A stretch of 64,000 bases of DNA from Candidatus Falkowbacteria bacterium (GTDB taxonomy: Bacteria > Patescibacteriota > Patescibacteriia > CAIXNZ01). The DNA lies in the NCBI GenBank assembly GCA_016927685.1, contig JAFGMD010000012.1:23866-87865 (forward strand), in the 5' to 3' direction. The notes beneath the pieces were generated by a model. That model saw only the letters and a list, made by a program, of their open reading frames with translations, had not been told where the DNA came from and made no database searches. The position numbers were made by a program, and so were the translations under genes. Positions 9,010-17,729 of this stretch are shown here, in pieces (the first letter of the stretch is position 1; each line of letters begins with the position of its first letter).

Positions 9010-10038
9010 ATGAAAAAAGAATTTAATTTAGAAAATTATAATTTCGATCTACCTAAAGAGTTGATCGCCCAAAAACCAGTATCCCCTGCTGATACTTGCC
9101 GACTCATGGTTTTGGACAGAAAAAGTCAGAAAATTATTGATGACAAATTTTTGAATTTGACAAAATATTTAAAAGCCGGTGATGTTTTAGTTTTTAATGA
9201 TTCCAAAGTTTTGCCTGCGCGTTTAAAAGGTAAAAAAGAAACTGGCGGCAAAGTGGAAATTTTATTGTTAAAACAAATTAAACAAAATACTTGGCAATGT
9301 TTAGTCGGCAATTTGTCCATTAAAAAACAATTGGGAATTAAATTATCATTTTCCAAAAAATTAAACGGACAAATTATCAAGCGCGAAAAAGATACGGCTC
9401 AAATAAAGTTTAATCTGTCTGGCCAGAAATTAATGGAGCAAATTTTAAAGATCGGCCAAATGCCAACTCCGCCCTACATCAAACGAATCGCCAAAGCAAA
9501 CGAGTACCAAACCTTTTTTGCCAAAAAACTTGGTTCAGCAGCTGCGCCAACGGCTGGACTGCATTTCACCCCAAGAATTTTTAAAAAACTTAAACAAATG
9601 AATGCGCAAATTGAATTTGTGACTTTGCATGTCGGTTTAGGAACTTTTCAGCCAATTAAAACTCCTGACATTACAAAATTTAAGATCCATGATGAATATT
9701 TTGAGCTGAATACAAAAACTGCTCATAACTTAAATTTGGCCAAAAAAGAAAAACGCAGAATTATTGCAGTTGGCACTACCAGCACAAGAGTTTTAGAAAG
9801 CTGTACTAGTAATAAAAAATTAAAAGCCAAAAAAGGATTTACTAAAATTTATATTTATCCGGGCTATAAATTTAAATTTATTGACGGCCTTATTACAAAT
9901 TTTCATATACCAAAATCTTCGCTAATACTTTTAGTTTCGGCCTTTGCTAGAAAAAAATTTATTGATAAAGCGTATAAACACGCTATTCAAAAAAAATACA
10001 GATTTTTTTCTTTCGGCGATGTCATGTTAATAAAATAA
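9010..10038 (+). CDS. queA: S-adenosylmethionine:tRNA ribosyltransferase-isomerase
   Basis: FDLPKELIAQ.P, AAPTAGLHFT, TLHVGLGTF, AVGTTS.R.LES, TNFH.PKSSL, YRFFSFGD. Confidence 0.97.
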   Translation: MKKEFNLENYNFDLPKELIAQKPVSPADTCRLMVLDRKSQKIIDDKFLNLTKYLKAGDVLVFNDSKVLPARLKGKKETGGKVEILLLKQIKQNTWQCLVGNLSIKKQLGIKLSFSKKLNGQIIKREKDTAQIKFNLSGQKLMEQILKIGQMPTPPYIKRIAKANEYQTFFAKKLGSAAAPTAGLHFTPRIFKKLKQMNAQIEFVTLHVGLGTFQPIKTPDITKFKIHDEYFELNTKTAHNLNLAKKEKRRIIAVGTTSTRVLESCTSNKKLKAKKGFTKIYIYPGYKFKFIDGLITNFHIPKSSLILLVSAFARKKFIDKAYKHAIQKKYRFFSFGDVMLIK

Positions 10039-10079
10039 ACAGCTTTGAAAAATGATTTAATAACAGTTATAATTAAATT

Positions 10080-11597
10080 ATGATGTTAAATGAAAAACAG
10101 CAAAAATTAATTGCAGATTTTCTTAAGGATTTTAATAAAAATCCTGATTTTAAATTTGTCCAAAAACTGCAAAAGAAATTCAAAGAAGGAGAAGTTTATC
10201 TTGTTGGCGGTAAAGTACGCGACATTTTATTGGAAAAAACTTCTTATGATTATGATTTTGTTATCAGGAAAGTTGAACCCAAAGAGTTAGAAAAGTTTTT
10301 AGCCAAAGAAGGCGAAGTAAATTTTGTGGGTAAGTCATTTGGTGTTTTTAAATTCGTACCTAAAAATTACAAAGGCCTTGAGCCAATTGATATTGCTCTG
10401 CCCAGAACTGAACAGTCATTTATGACTGGCGGTTATAAAGATTTTGATGTGCAATCAGACGCCGCTTTGCCAATTGAGAAAGATTTGCAAAGACGCGACT
10501 TCACGATTAACGCGATGGCATTAAATTTAAAAACCAGCGAATTAATTGATCCATATAACGGGCTGGAAGATTTAAAAAATAAAACTATTAAAACCGTAGG
10601 AAATCCCAAAGAAAGATTCCAAGAGGATTACACCAGAATGCTGCGCGCCATTCGCTTTTCAGTACAATTATATTTTAAAATTGAAAAAAATACTTATCTG
10701 ACCGTCCAAAACAATGCGGCTAAAATTAGGACCATGAGCATGGAAAGAATCAACGAGGAATTTACCAAAATAGTATTATCACCCAATGCCGAATTTGGCC
10801 TGGAATTACTGCAAAAATCCAATTTATTAAAATATATTATACCTGAACTGGAAGAGGGCGTAGGCGTCTCCCAAAACAAGGCTCATATCTATAGCGTTTT
10901 TACTCATAGTGTCAAAGCCTTGGGCTTTGCGGCTCAAAGAAATTATAATTTAAATGTTCGTCTGGCTGCCCTACTTCACGACATAGCTAAGCCCATGGTT
11001 AAAAAAGGTGAAGGTCCAGATAGCACTTTTTATAATCATGATATTGTGGGTGGAAAAATCGCCAGAAAAATTTTAGCGCGCTTAAAATATCCAAATGATA
11101 TTGTAAATAAAGTGGCGCATTTAGTTCGCTACCATATGTTTTTTTATTCTATCGGCGAAATTACTGATGCGGCTATCCGCCGACTCTTGGTTAGAATTGG
11201 CAAAGATAATATTAATGAAGCAATCCAGCTACGTATCTGTGATCGTTTGGGTATGGGCAGACCAAAAGCCAAGCCATATAAATTAATGGAGTTGGAAAAA
11301 AGATTACATGAAGTGCAAATGGATCCCATTTCAGTTAAAATGTTAAAAATTGACGGCCTGGAATTAATGAAAATTTTAAACATGAAGCCTGGTCCTAAAA
11401 TCGGTTTACTTTTAAATGCGCTCTTATCAGAAGTTTTAGAAAACCCGAAAAAGAATACTAAGCCAAATTTGACTAAACGCTTAAAAGAGTTAAACAAATT
11501 ATCTGATACGGAATTAAAAAATATGTCCCCTGATATTGATAGATACGAAGAAGCTAAAAAACGCGAGTATTTTTCTAAATTAAAGTGGGTGGAATAG
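10080..11597 (+). CDS. cca: Class II CCA tRNA nucleotidyltransferase with HD domain
   Basis: VGG.VRD.LL....DYD, DL.RRDFTINAMA, EDYTRMLRAIRF (EDxxR), LLHDIAKP. Confidence 0.9.
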   Translation: MMLNEKQQKLIADFLKDFNKNPDFKFVQKLQKKFKEGEVYLVGGKVRDILLEKTSYDYDFVIRKVEPKELEKFLAKEGEVNFVGKSFGVFKFVPKNYKGLEPIDIALPRTEQSFMTGGYKDFDVQSDAALPIEKDLQRRDFTINAMALNLKTSELIDPYNGLEDLKNKTIKTVGNPKERFQEDYTRMLRAIRFSVQLYFKIEKNTYLTVQNNAAKIRTMSMERINEEFTKIVLSPNAEFGLELLQKSNLLKYIIPELEEGVGVSQNKAHIYSVFTHSVKALGFAAQRNYNLNVRLAALLHDIAKPMVKKGEGPDSTFYNHDIVGGKIARKILARLKYPNDIVNKVAHLVRYHMFFYSIGEITDAAIRRLLVRIGKDNINEAIQLRICDRLGMGRPKAKPYKLMELEKRLHEVQMDPISVKMLKIDGLELMKILNMKPGPKIGLLLNALLSEVLENPKKNTKPNLTKRLKELNKLSDTELKNMSPDIDRYEEAKKREYFSKLKWVE

Positions 11598-11598
11598 C

Positions 11599-11688
11599 GC
11601 CTCTGTCTTTAAGTCATTCAGAGCGTAGCGAAGAATCCATCACGGTCATAGATTCCTCGACAAGCTCGGAATGACAGAGGCGGTTTTT
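11599..11688. repeat. REP/MITE-like palindrome GTCATTC...GAATGAC inside a terminator stem
   Basis: CGCCTCTGTC...GTCATTCAGAGCGTAGCGAAGAATC...GATTCCTCGACAAGCTCGGAATGACAGAGGCGG-T run. Confidence 0.7.
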
Positions 11689-11716
11689 TAGCCCATTTCC
11701 CTATTCCTTTTAAACT

Positions 11717-12634
11717 ATGCAATTTCAAATTAAACCTGAAAATTCAAACGTACGCCTTGATAAATTTCTGACAGCAGAATTAAAAATTTCCCGCAGTAAA
11801 ATTCAGAAGCTTATTAAAGACGGAAAAATTACACTTAACGGCGGAAAAGTTACGCCGCATTTTTTTCTGCGTGCCAATGATAAAATTAATATCAATGCCA
11901 AAGATATTAAAATTGAAAATAAAACAAAAGAAATAAAGCCCAATAAAAAAGTAAAATATAATATTGTTTTTGAAGATGATAATATTATGGTTATTGACAA
12001 GCCGTCAGGACTTTTGGTCCATCCCACTGACAAAATAGAAAAAGATACCTTGGTTAACGGTTTAATCACTTATTATCCAAAACTAAAAAAAATCGGTGAA
12101 GATCCCCTGCGTCCGGGCATTGTCCATCGTTTAGATAAAGATGTTTCAGGCCTGATGCTGGTTTGTAAAACGCAAAAAGCTTTTGCATATTTTAAAAAGC
12201 AATTTCAAGACCGTAAAGTTAAAAAAATTTACACTGCTTTGGTTCACAATCCTATGGAAAGAATGGAGGGCACTATTGATTTACCATTGGAGCGTTCTGA
12301 AAAAGGCAAAATGTTAGTTAAGACAAAAGATCAAGGCGGCAAAGAAGCAATTACCAAATATACCGTCATTAAACAATTCCAAAATTTTTCTTTATTAGAA
12401 GTGCAGATCGAAACAGGACGTACGCATCAAATCAGGACACATTTTAATTTCTTAAATCATCCCATTGTCGGCGACAAGCTTTATCAGCAAAAAAAAGTTA
12501 AAGCCAATATAAAGTTGGATAGGCCATTTTTACACTCAACAAAACTTGGCTTTAAAAATTTAGATGGCAAGTATGTGGAATTTGAATCAAAACTGCCGCT
12601 TAAATTAAACAAAATTTTAAAACAAATAAAATAA
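11717..12634 (+). CDS. rluD: RluA/RluD-family pseudouridine synthase
   Basis: N-terminal S4 domain (RLDKFL..SRSKIQKLI), DKPSGLLVHP, GIVHRLDKDVSGL, TGRTHQIR.H, HPIVGDKLY. Confidence 0.9.
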   Translation: MQFQIKPENSNVRLDKFLTAELKISRSKIQKLIKDGKITLNGGKVTPHFFLRANDKININAKDIKIENKTKEIKPNKKVKYNIVFEDDNIMVIDKPSGLLVHPTDKIEKDTLVNGLITYYPKLKKIGEDPLRPGIVHRLDKDVSGLMLVCKTQKAFAYFKKQFQDRKVKKIYTALVHNPMERMEGTIDLPLERSEKGKMLVKTKDQGGKEAITKYTVIKQFQNFSLLEVQIETGRTHQIRTHFNFLNHPIVGDKLYQQKKVKANIKLDRPFLHSTKLGFKNLDGKYVEFESKLPLKLNKILKQIK

Positions 12635-12701
12635 TTATTCCCTGCTTTAGCAGGCCAACACAAAGATCGATTAAGGCCCACTAAAGTGGGGCATAAAATT
12701 T

Positions 12702-13301
12702 ATGAACAAAATTATAATAATTTCTGGCCCGGTCGCAGTCGGCAAAACAACAGTTGCTAAAGCCATTATGCGAAAAATGCCTTTCTTGCAAAAAGCAGTT
12801 TCTTTTACCACTAGAAAAAAACGAGCTGGCACTGCCGAAGACAAAATAATGAAATATGTGACGGTGCCTGAATTTCAGAAGAAAATAAAAAGAGGCGACT
12901 TTATTGAATGGGCCATTGTGCATGACCAATATTATGGGACAGATAAAAATGTTCTTGCTAATTTACTAAAAAAAGGACCAGTTCTATTAAATATTGATAC
13001 ACAAGGAGCCTTAATTTTAAAGAAAAAATTATCTAATATTGTCTTAATTTTTATTCGGCCTGAATCACTGGAGATATTAAAAAAACGGTTAATTAAGCGC
13101 TCAAAAGGCCAAATTGACCATAGAGATTTCCAAGTCAGAATCAATAATGTCAAAAAAGAGCTAAAATACACCAAATATTACGATTACCAGGTTATTAATA
13201 AAGAGGGAGAATTAGCCAAAACACTGTCACAAGTCAGCAAAATTATTCAAAAAGAACTCATCACGCCTATGGCGGATTCCGCCAAAGGAGGAAAATCTTG
13301 A
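12702..13301 (+). CDS. gmk: Guanylate kinase
   Basis: SGPVAVGKTT P-loop, SFTTRK.R.G, FIEWA.VH..YYGT. Confidence 0.92.
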   Translation: MNKIIIISGPVAVGKTTVAKAIMRKMPFLQKAVSFTTRKKRAGTAEDKIMKYVTVPEFQKKIKRGDFIEWAIVHDQYYGTDKNVLANLLKKGPVLLNIDTQGALILKKKLSNIVLIFIRPESLEILKKRLIKRSKGQIDHRDFQVRINNVKKELKYTKYYDYQVINKEGELAKTLSQVSKIIQKELITPMADSAKGGKS

Positions 13302-13371
13302 CGAAAATATTAATTTAAGCTAAACTAAATCTACAATCCATTTCCGGATTTTTATTTTTTACAGCAAATAT

Positions 13372-13731
13372 ATGGCTACGGCAAAAAAATCAGACAAACA
13401 AATACTTACCTTGGACCAAATCCAGCCTGGCATGGTTGTTCGTGTTCATCAAAAAATTAAGGATATTACGGCCAAAGGCGAGGAAAAAGAAAGAATTCAG
13501 ATTTACGAAGGCCTGGTTATTGCCAAAAAGCATGGCATTGGACCGAGCGCAACAATTACTGTCCGTAAAATTAGTGAGGGCATCGGCGTGGAAAGGATAT
13601 TTCCAATACACTCTCCCCTAATTGATAAAATAGAACTTGTTGATACTAAGGTAACCAGAAAATCAAAACTTTATTACACCAGAGATTATTCCAAGAGACT
13701 AAAATCAATTTCAGAAAAAAAATCTAAATAG
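13372..13731 (+). CDS. rplS: 50S ribosomal protein L19
   Basis: ERIQIYEGLVIA, TITVRKISEGIGVERIFPIHSP, RKSKLYY.R. Confidence 0.97.
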   Translation: MATAKKSDKQILTLDQIQPGMVVRVHQKIKDITAKGEEKERIQIYEGLVIAKKHGIGPSATITVRKISEGIGVERIFPIHSPLIDKIELVDTKVTRKSKLYYTRDYSKRLKSISEKKSK

Positions 13732-13762
13732 AAAAAGACGAGGTTAAAAACCTCGTCTTTTT
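13732..13762. terminator. Bidirectional terminator
   Basis: AAAAAGACGAGGTT-AAA-AACCTCGTCTTTTT. Confidence 0.85.
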
Positions 13763-13929
13763 AATTTTAACTTTGCCTTAATATATTGCGAAAACTTAAT
13801 AAGCAAATAAGTTAATGGCACTCCTATGGCGAAGAAATGCTTTTCGCTAGTTGCCCCGGCAATCACAAAGGCAACAATAAAACAAATAATTTCAATTGGC
13901 ACCCTGGGTGCAGGCTTATAATAGTCCAT
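13744..13929 (-). CDS. Small two-TM membrane protein
   Basis: Start re-called to MDYYKP (AAGGAGG SD 5 nt upstream); two hydrophobic segments and a basic tail. Confidence 0.65.
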   Translation of the reverse strand: MDYYKPAPRVPIEIICFIVAFVIAGATSEKHFFAIGVPLTYLLIKFSQYIKAKLKLKRRGF

Positions 13930-13942
13930 CATTACCTCCTTT

Positions 13943-14158
13943 TCATAAAAATGGACTTTCGGGACGATAATATAGATAGAAAAATAGACACAGAAAAACG
14001 AAATAACCACTCACTACGGTTAAAGGTGAAAGTGCCCAAGGGGCAAATAAAGTACTGATGGTAAATAATAATGCCACTACACCAAGGCCAAACCACAGTT
14101 TTCTCAAATTTTTGTTATTTTTTATTGATTCTTTATTTTTTTTCCATCCTTCATCCAT
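13943..14158 (-). CDS. Small two-TM membrane protein
   Basis: Start re-called to MDEGWKK (AAGGAG SD); two hydrophobic segments. Confidence 0.65.
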   Translation of the reverse strand: MDEGWKKNKESIKNNKNLRKLWFGLGVVALLFTISTLFAPWALSPLTVVSGYFVFLCLFFYLYYRPESPFL

Positions 14159-14171
14159 TTTAGTCTCCTTT

Positions 14172-14384
14172 TTAATCTTCAAATTTGTTTAATATCCAAT
14201 CAAGGCAGAGTTTGATTAAAAACAGCGCAAACGCGACTACAAAGATAAATGATATTGCATTTTTATTTAGCGCGTCCGGTCTGACAAAAATTGCAAGAAT
14301 AAGACAACAAAGCATTGCTAAAATGCTAAAGGGCATAATAAATGAACCAATAAATTTATAAAATTCAAAAATCGCTTTTTTCAT
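14172..14384 (-). CDS. Small two-TM membrane protein
   Basis: 70 aa, two hydrophobic helices, ATGA overlap with the upstream gene. Confidence 0.7.
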   Translation of the reverse strand: MKKAIFEFYKFIGSFIMPFSILAMLCCLILAIFVRPDALNKNAISFIFVVAFALFLIKLCLDWILNKFED

Positions 14385-15103
14385 TTTTTGCCCTCTTTTG
14401 GAATCTTGACCCTAAACACAAGCGAACCAGCTTTATACCATCCTGGATCTCGATCTTTATCACCCACAACTCTAATTACCGTAACTGGCAAGAGAACCAT
14501 TTTCCCATGAGAGATTAATCTTACGGACAAATCTCCCAATATACCCTCCTCTTGCCCAGCTTCTCTCTTGGGGATGCCTTTCTTCTGAAAATCAACTGGT
14601 GGATATATTGCTTTACCATAATGATTAGGCAAATAACCTATTGCGTTAATATGAATATAAAAAAAGCAATAACCTTTAGCTTTGGCCAGTTCGTCCAAAT
14701 ATCCAGTAAAAGAATTAATTGGCACATCAGTATTGTGCATGTTTGAATAAATGCTATCGTCGGCTGGATCAAAACAGTCTCCTCTTACATACCACCACCC
14801 AGGGTACCCGTGGCGTTCCGAATTCAATTTCACCTGAAAAAATAAATAATCTTTATCTGGCGCTTGTTCATGACTACTAGCAGGCGTCTGCACTTCGATT
14901 CTTGGTTTTTTTATATCAATTGAATAATTTTTATCTGGCACCTGCTCATTATTACTAATGGGCGCCCGTATTTCATTTCTGGGCATCTTTATATGAATGT
15001 CAGATATAATGAAAAAAATAGTATAAAATGTAATGCTCGCAAAAATAATTATGAATGTTATTCTGCATGTGGGCCTTTTACCAATACCAGTATTTTCCCT
15101 CAT
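14381..15103 (-). CDS. Membrane-anchored hypothetical protein with an internal ~26-aa duplication
   Basis: N-terminal TM; IKMPRNEIRAPISNNEQVPDKNY / IKKPRIEVQTPASSHEQAPDKDY; GGGAGG SD. Confidence 0.75.
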   Translation of the reverse strand: MRENTGIGKRPTCRITFIIIFASITFYTIFFIISDIHIKMPRNEIRAPISNNEQVPDKNYSIDIKKPRIEVQTPASSHEQAPDKDYLFFQVKLNSERHGYPGWWYVRGDCFDPADDSIYSNMHNTDVPINSFTGYLDELAKAKGYCFFYIHINAIGYLPNHYGKAIYPPVDFQKKGIPKREAGQEEGILGDLSVRLISHGKMVLLPVTVIRVVGDKDRDPGWYKAGSLVFRVKIPKEGKK

Positions 15104-15177
15104 TCTTTCCTCCCTTGTTTTTAGTATTCATCAAACCTTATCCTTATTTTATTGTCAAAGTTCTATCTGAATTCCAA

Positions 15178-15206
15178 ATTATAGCATTACTCTGCAATAT
15201 TGTCAA
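15178..15206 (-). promoter_or_regulatory. Perfect-consensus sigma70 promoter for the 15103-13744 operon
   Basis: Minus strand TTGACA (15206-15201)-N17-TATAAT (15183-15178) with an extended -10 TG. Confidence 0.8.
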
Positions 15207-15276
15207 TGTTATTATAATTATTTTTTACCTTAAATTAGTGATTTTAGCCATATTTTAATTATTTTTATCAAAAATA

Positions 15277-15305
15277 TTGACAAATTTATCAATAATTGCT
15301 ATACT
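15277..15305 (+). promoter_or_regulatory. sigma70 promoter for the TrmB-like gene
   Basis: TTGACA-N17-TATACT with an extended TG. Confidence 0.75.
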
Positions 15306-15402
15306 ATATATATGAACTAACTGATCCCTGCTTTGGGTTACACACTTTAATGTGCGACAGCCATACTTCGACACTAAAGTATCAAAGTCGTAAAAAATTT
15401 AT

Positions 15403-16143
15403 ATGAACGAACAATTAACAAAACTGTTGCAAGATGCAGGATTTACAGAAAAAGAGGCCCTAATCTACATTGCCCTCTCTGAGCTTGGCAGTGGTTCAGT
15501 TACTCAAATAGCTGAACGAGCCAAACTTAAAAGATCAATCGTCTATTTGATTTTAGAAAGCTTAATTAAAAGAGGCTATGCTTCCGTTATCCCCGATACT
15601 AAAATTAATCGATATATAGCAATTGACCCGACTAAAATTTTTCAGGACTTAAAAAATATAACTGCAAATTTTAAAGAGTCTTTGCCTGCTTTATTAGCCA
15701 TTTTTAACCAATCAATCTGGAAGCCTAAAATAAATTATTTTGAGGGCAAAGAAGAAATAAGAAATGTCTACAGACAGACGGAATCGGCTAGAGAGGCATA
15801 TTATATTAGTAATGCCGAAGCGATTACTAAATATATGCCGGAAGAAATTGAACATTGGATTGATTATTTCCAAAATAAAATACCCACCTCTTATAAGTGC
15901 CAGCAAATTTTATCTAATACTCCCGATGACCATAGTTTTGCAGAAAAAGCGCAGCGTAAAAATGTGCAATTTAAATTTTTGCCCAAAGGATTAACTCTGG
16001 ATATGGATATTTCTTTATTTGATAATAAAGTTGCCTTAACTTCTTTGAAAGACCATCTTTTTCTTGTTGTTATTGAATCAAAGGCTTTTTATAATTCCAT
16101 GAAAACTATTTTTGATTTACTTTGGAAACAGGGAGTGAAATAA
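15403..16143 (+). CDS. TrmB-family transcriptional regulator
   Basis: L...GFTEKEA.IY.AL.ELG..SV.QIA..A.LKRS.VY.IL.SL..RG wHTH; KP.I.YFEG.E.I and a C-terminal sensor domain. Confidence 0.88.
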   Translation: MNEQLTKLLQDAGFTEKEALIYIALSELGSGSVTQIAERAKLKRSIVYLILESLIKRGYASVIPDTKINRYIAIDPTKIFQDLKNITANFKESLPALLAIFNQSIWKPKINYFEGKEEIRNVYRQTESAREAYYISNAEAITKYMPEEIEHWIDYFQNKIPTSYKCQQILSNTPDDHSFAEKAQRKNVQFKFLPKGLTLDMDISLFDNKVALTSLKDHLFLVVIESKAFYNSMKTIFDLLWKQGVK

Positions 16144-16177
16144 ATAAAAAAGTCCCGCTACGCGGGACTTTTAATTT

Positions 16178-16792
16178 TTAATGCTCGTAAATTAATCTGA
16201 CGGAAACTATTTCTCCATCTATTGATGGCGACCAGTCATAGGCTGTCCAAATTTTCCAATTGCCAAGTCCAATATGCGGTCCTAAGGCAAATTCGCTTAA
16301 TTCCCCTTCCTCGGCATTGCCAAAAAGCTCCATGCTGACGCCAAAATTGACATCGTCTTTTAGGGCGCGGTTGTATTCTGTCCAAAAATAAAATTGATAA
16401 GGAAAAACATCAACCGGGATATAATAGCCACCTTCTACGAAAATGTTATTCACATCTTCATTGCCCCAATAATAATCTGCCCAAACTGAAGCTGTAATAG
16501 CCATCCCGCCACCTGTTTCATTTAATGTGCCGGCTAAAAGCCAAAGTGTCAAATCATCAGATATATTGAACTGGGGTCCAAAATAAGTGAATAAGGCGTT
16601 ATAACCATCAAGCGTGCCGAAAAGATCAACTGCGCCTAAGAGCGAATTTTTCTTTTCGCCAAATTCAAGAAATTCGTGTTTCAAGGTGATATCGTATTGG
16701 CCTTCATAAGTCAGTTCATCTTCTTCGCTGGAAAAGGCCCTTGCTGGCATGAGTAAAAAAAACAGAAACAGTACTGCCAAGAGTCTTTTCAT
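16178..16792 (-). CDS. Secreted, aromatic-rich, predicted all-beta protein (outer-membrane barrel-like)
   Basis: Signal peptide MKRLLAVLFLFFLLMPARA; alternating hydrophobic strands with W/Y/F; AAAGGAGG SD; own promoter and terminator. Confidence 0.65.
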   Translation of the reverse strand: MKRLLAVLFLFFLLMPARAFSSEEDELTYEGQYDITLKHEFLEFGEKKNSLLGAVDLFGTLDGYNALFTYFGPQFNISDDLTLWLLAGTLNETGGGMAITASVWADYYWGNEDVNNIFVEGGYYIPVDVFPYQFYFWTEYNRALKDDVNFGVSMELFGNAEEGELSEFALGPHIGLGNWKIWTAYDWSPSIDGEIVSVRLIYEH

Positions 16793-16903
16793 TTTCTTCC
16801 TCCTTTATTTATAAAATTACCAGATGCTTCATCTTAACAAATATAAAAAATTTGTCAATAGAAAAAGCCCGCCTGGTAAAAACCAAAGCGGGCTTTGTTT
16901 GAG

Positions 16904-17530
16904 CTAAAGGTTAAATTTTCGATGAGCTAATATACAAGTCTTGCCATGCCAAAGTTCGTCTTCATAGGGATAAAGTTCAAGAATGCGATCGTTCTCGTAT
17001 TGGACTGAAATATTGGTCTCATGTCGGCACGAACAGACATAACGGAAATCATCACCGACAGTCAAGGCCGATTTAAGGGCATAAATCCGGATCTCTGCTC
17101 GCCTCATTATCGGATAAGTCGCATCGAACATGAGTAGCTCCGAAATTTCAGAGGCCTCAAAGCCCAAAATATCCAACTGCTCCAAAATTTTCTTGGGTAC
17201 CCTGACGGATTTGTGGAAATGAACCAAAAACAGCTCTCTGCCATAAAAGTATCCCTTTCCTTCAAGTGAAAAGTGTTCTTCGGTGATATTATCATTAACA
17301 AAGTCGTAATTCCCAGACTTAATCATTTTAGCTAGCGGTACATAGCTAAATAAATTGCTAACTTCATAGGGTCCGCTTACTTCGATACTCCTAATGAGGC
17401 ACGAAATTTTAAAGGCCAATTTCTTATCCTTGCGCAAATTCGTAAGGTGTTCGCGCGTGACGCCCAGATGTGCCAACGCTTCAAGCGTTGATACCATCTC
17501 GCTGGAAGGTAATTCTTGCAGTAGTCCCAT
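16904..17530 (-). CDS. Hypothetical protein (orphan cassette)
   Basis: 208-aa ORF, GAGGA SD, TTGACA-N17-TATTAT promoter near 17660-17686, terminator 16862-16896. Confidence 0.75.
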   Translation of the reverse strand: MGLLQELPSSEMVSTLEALAHLGVTREHLTNLRKDKKLAFKISCLIRSIEVSGPYEVSNLFSYVPLAKMIKSGNYDFVNDNITEEHFSLEGKGYFYGRELFLVHFHKSVRVPKKILEQLDILGFEASEISELLMFDATYPIMRRAEIRIYALKSALTVGDDFRYVCSCRHETNISVQYENDRILELYPYEDELWHGKTCILAHRKFNL

Positions 17531-17729
17531 TTCTGGTCCTCCTTTTTGCCCTACTTAAAGGGCGGCTGTGGCTCGCCCCGCATTATGGGCTCGCCGTTGC
17601 CCGAGTTCGTCGGGTCGCGAAATTTCCCCAATATACAAATTCGATGTTTAATAAATAATAATATAATATTCTATAAAATCTGTCAATGCTGACAACATAA
17701 AAATCAGCCCCGCGACGCGGGGCTGATTT

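Noticed and set aside
17531-17632. Assignment of the GC-rich leader to the ZTP, c-di-GMP or fluoride riboswitch
   Set aside because: Only partial resemblance (GCCGCCC..GGGCAA); the defining pseudoknot and conserved cores are missing. It is kept as an unassigned finding.
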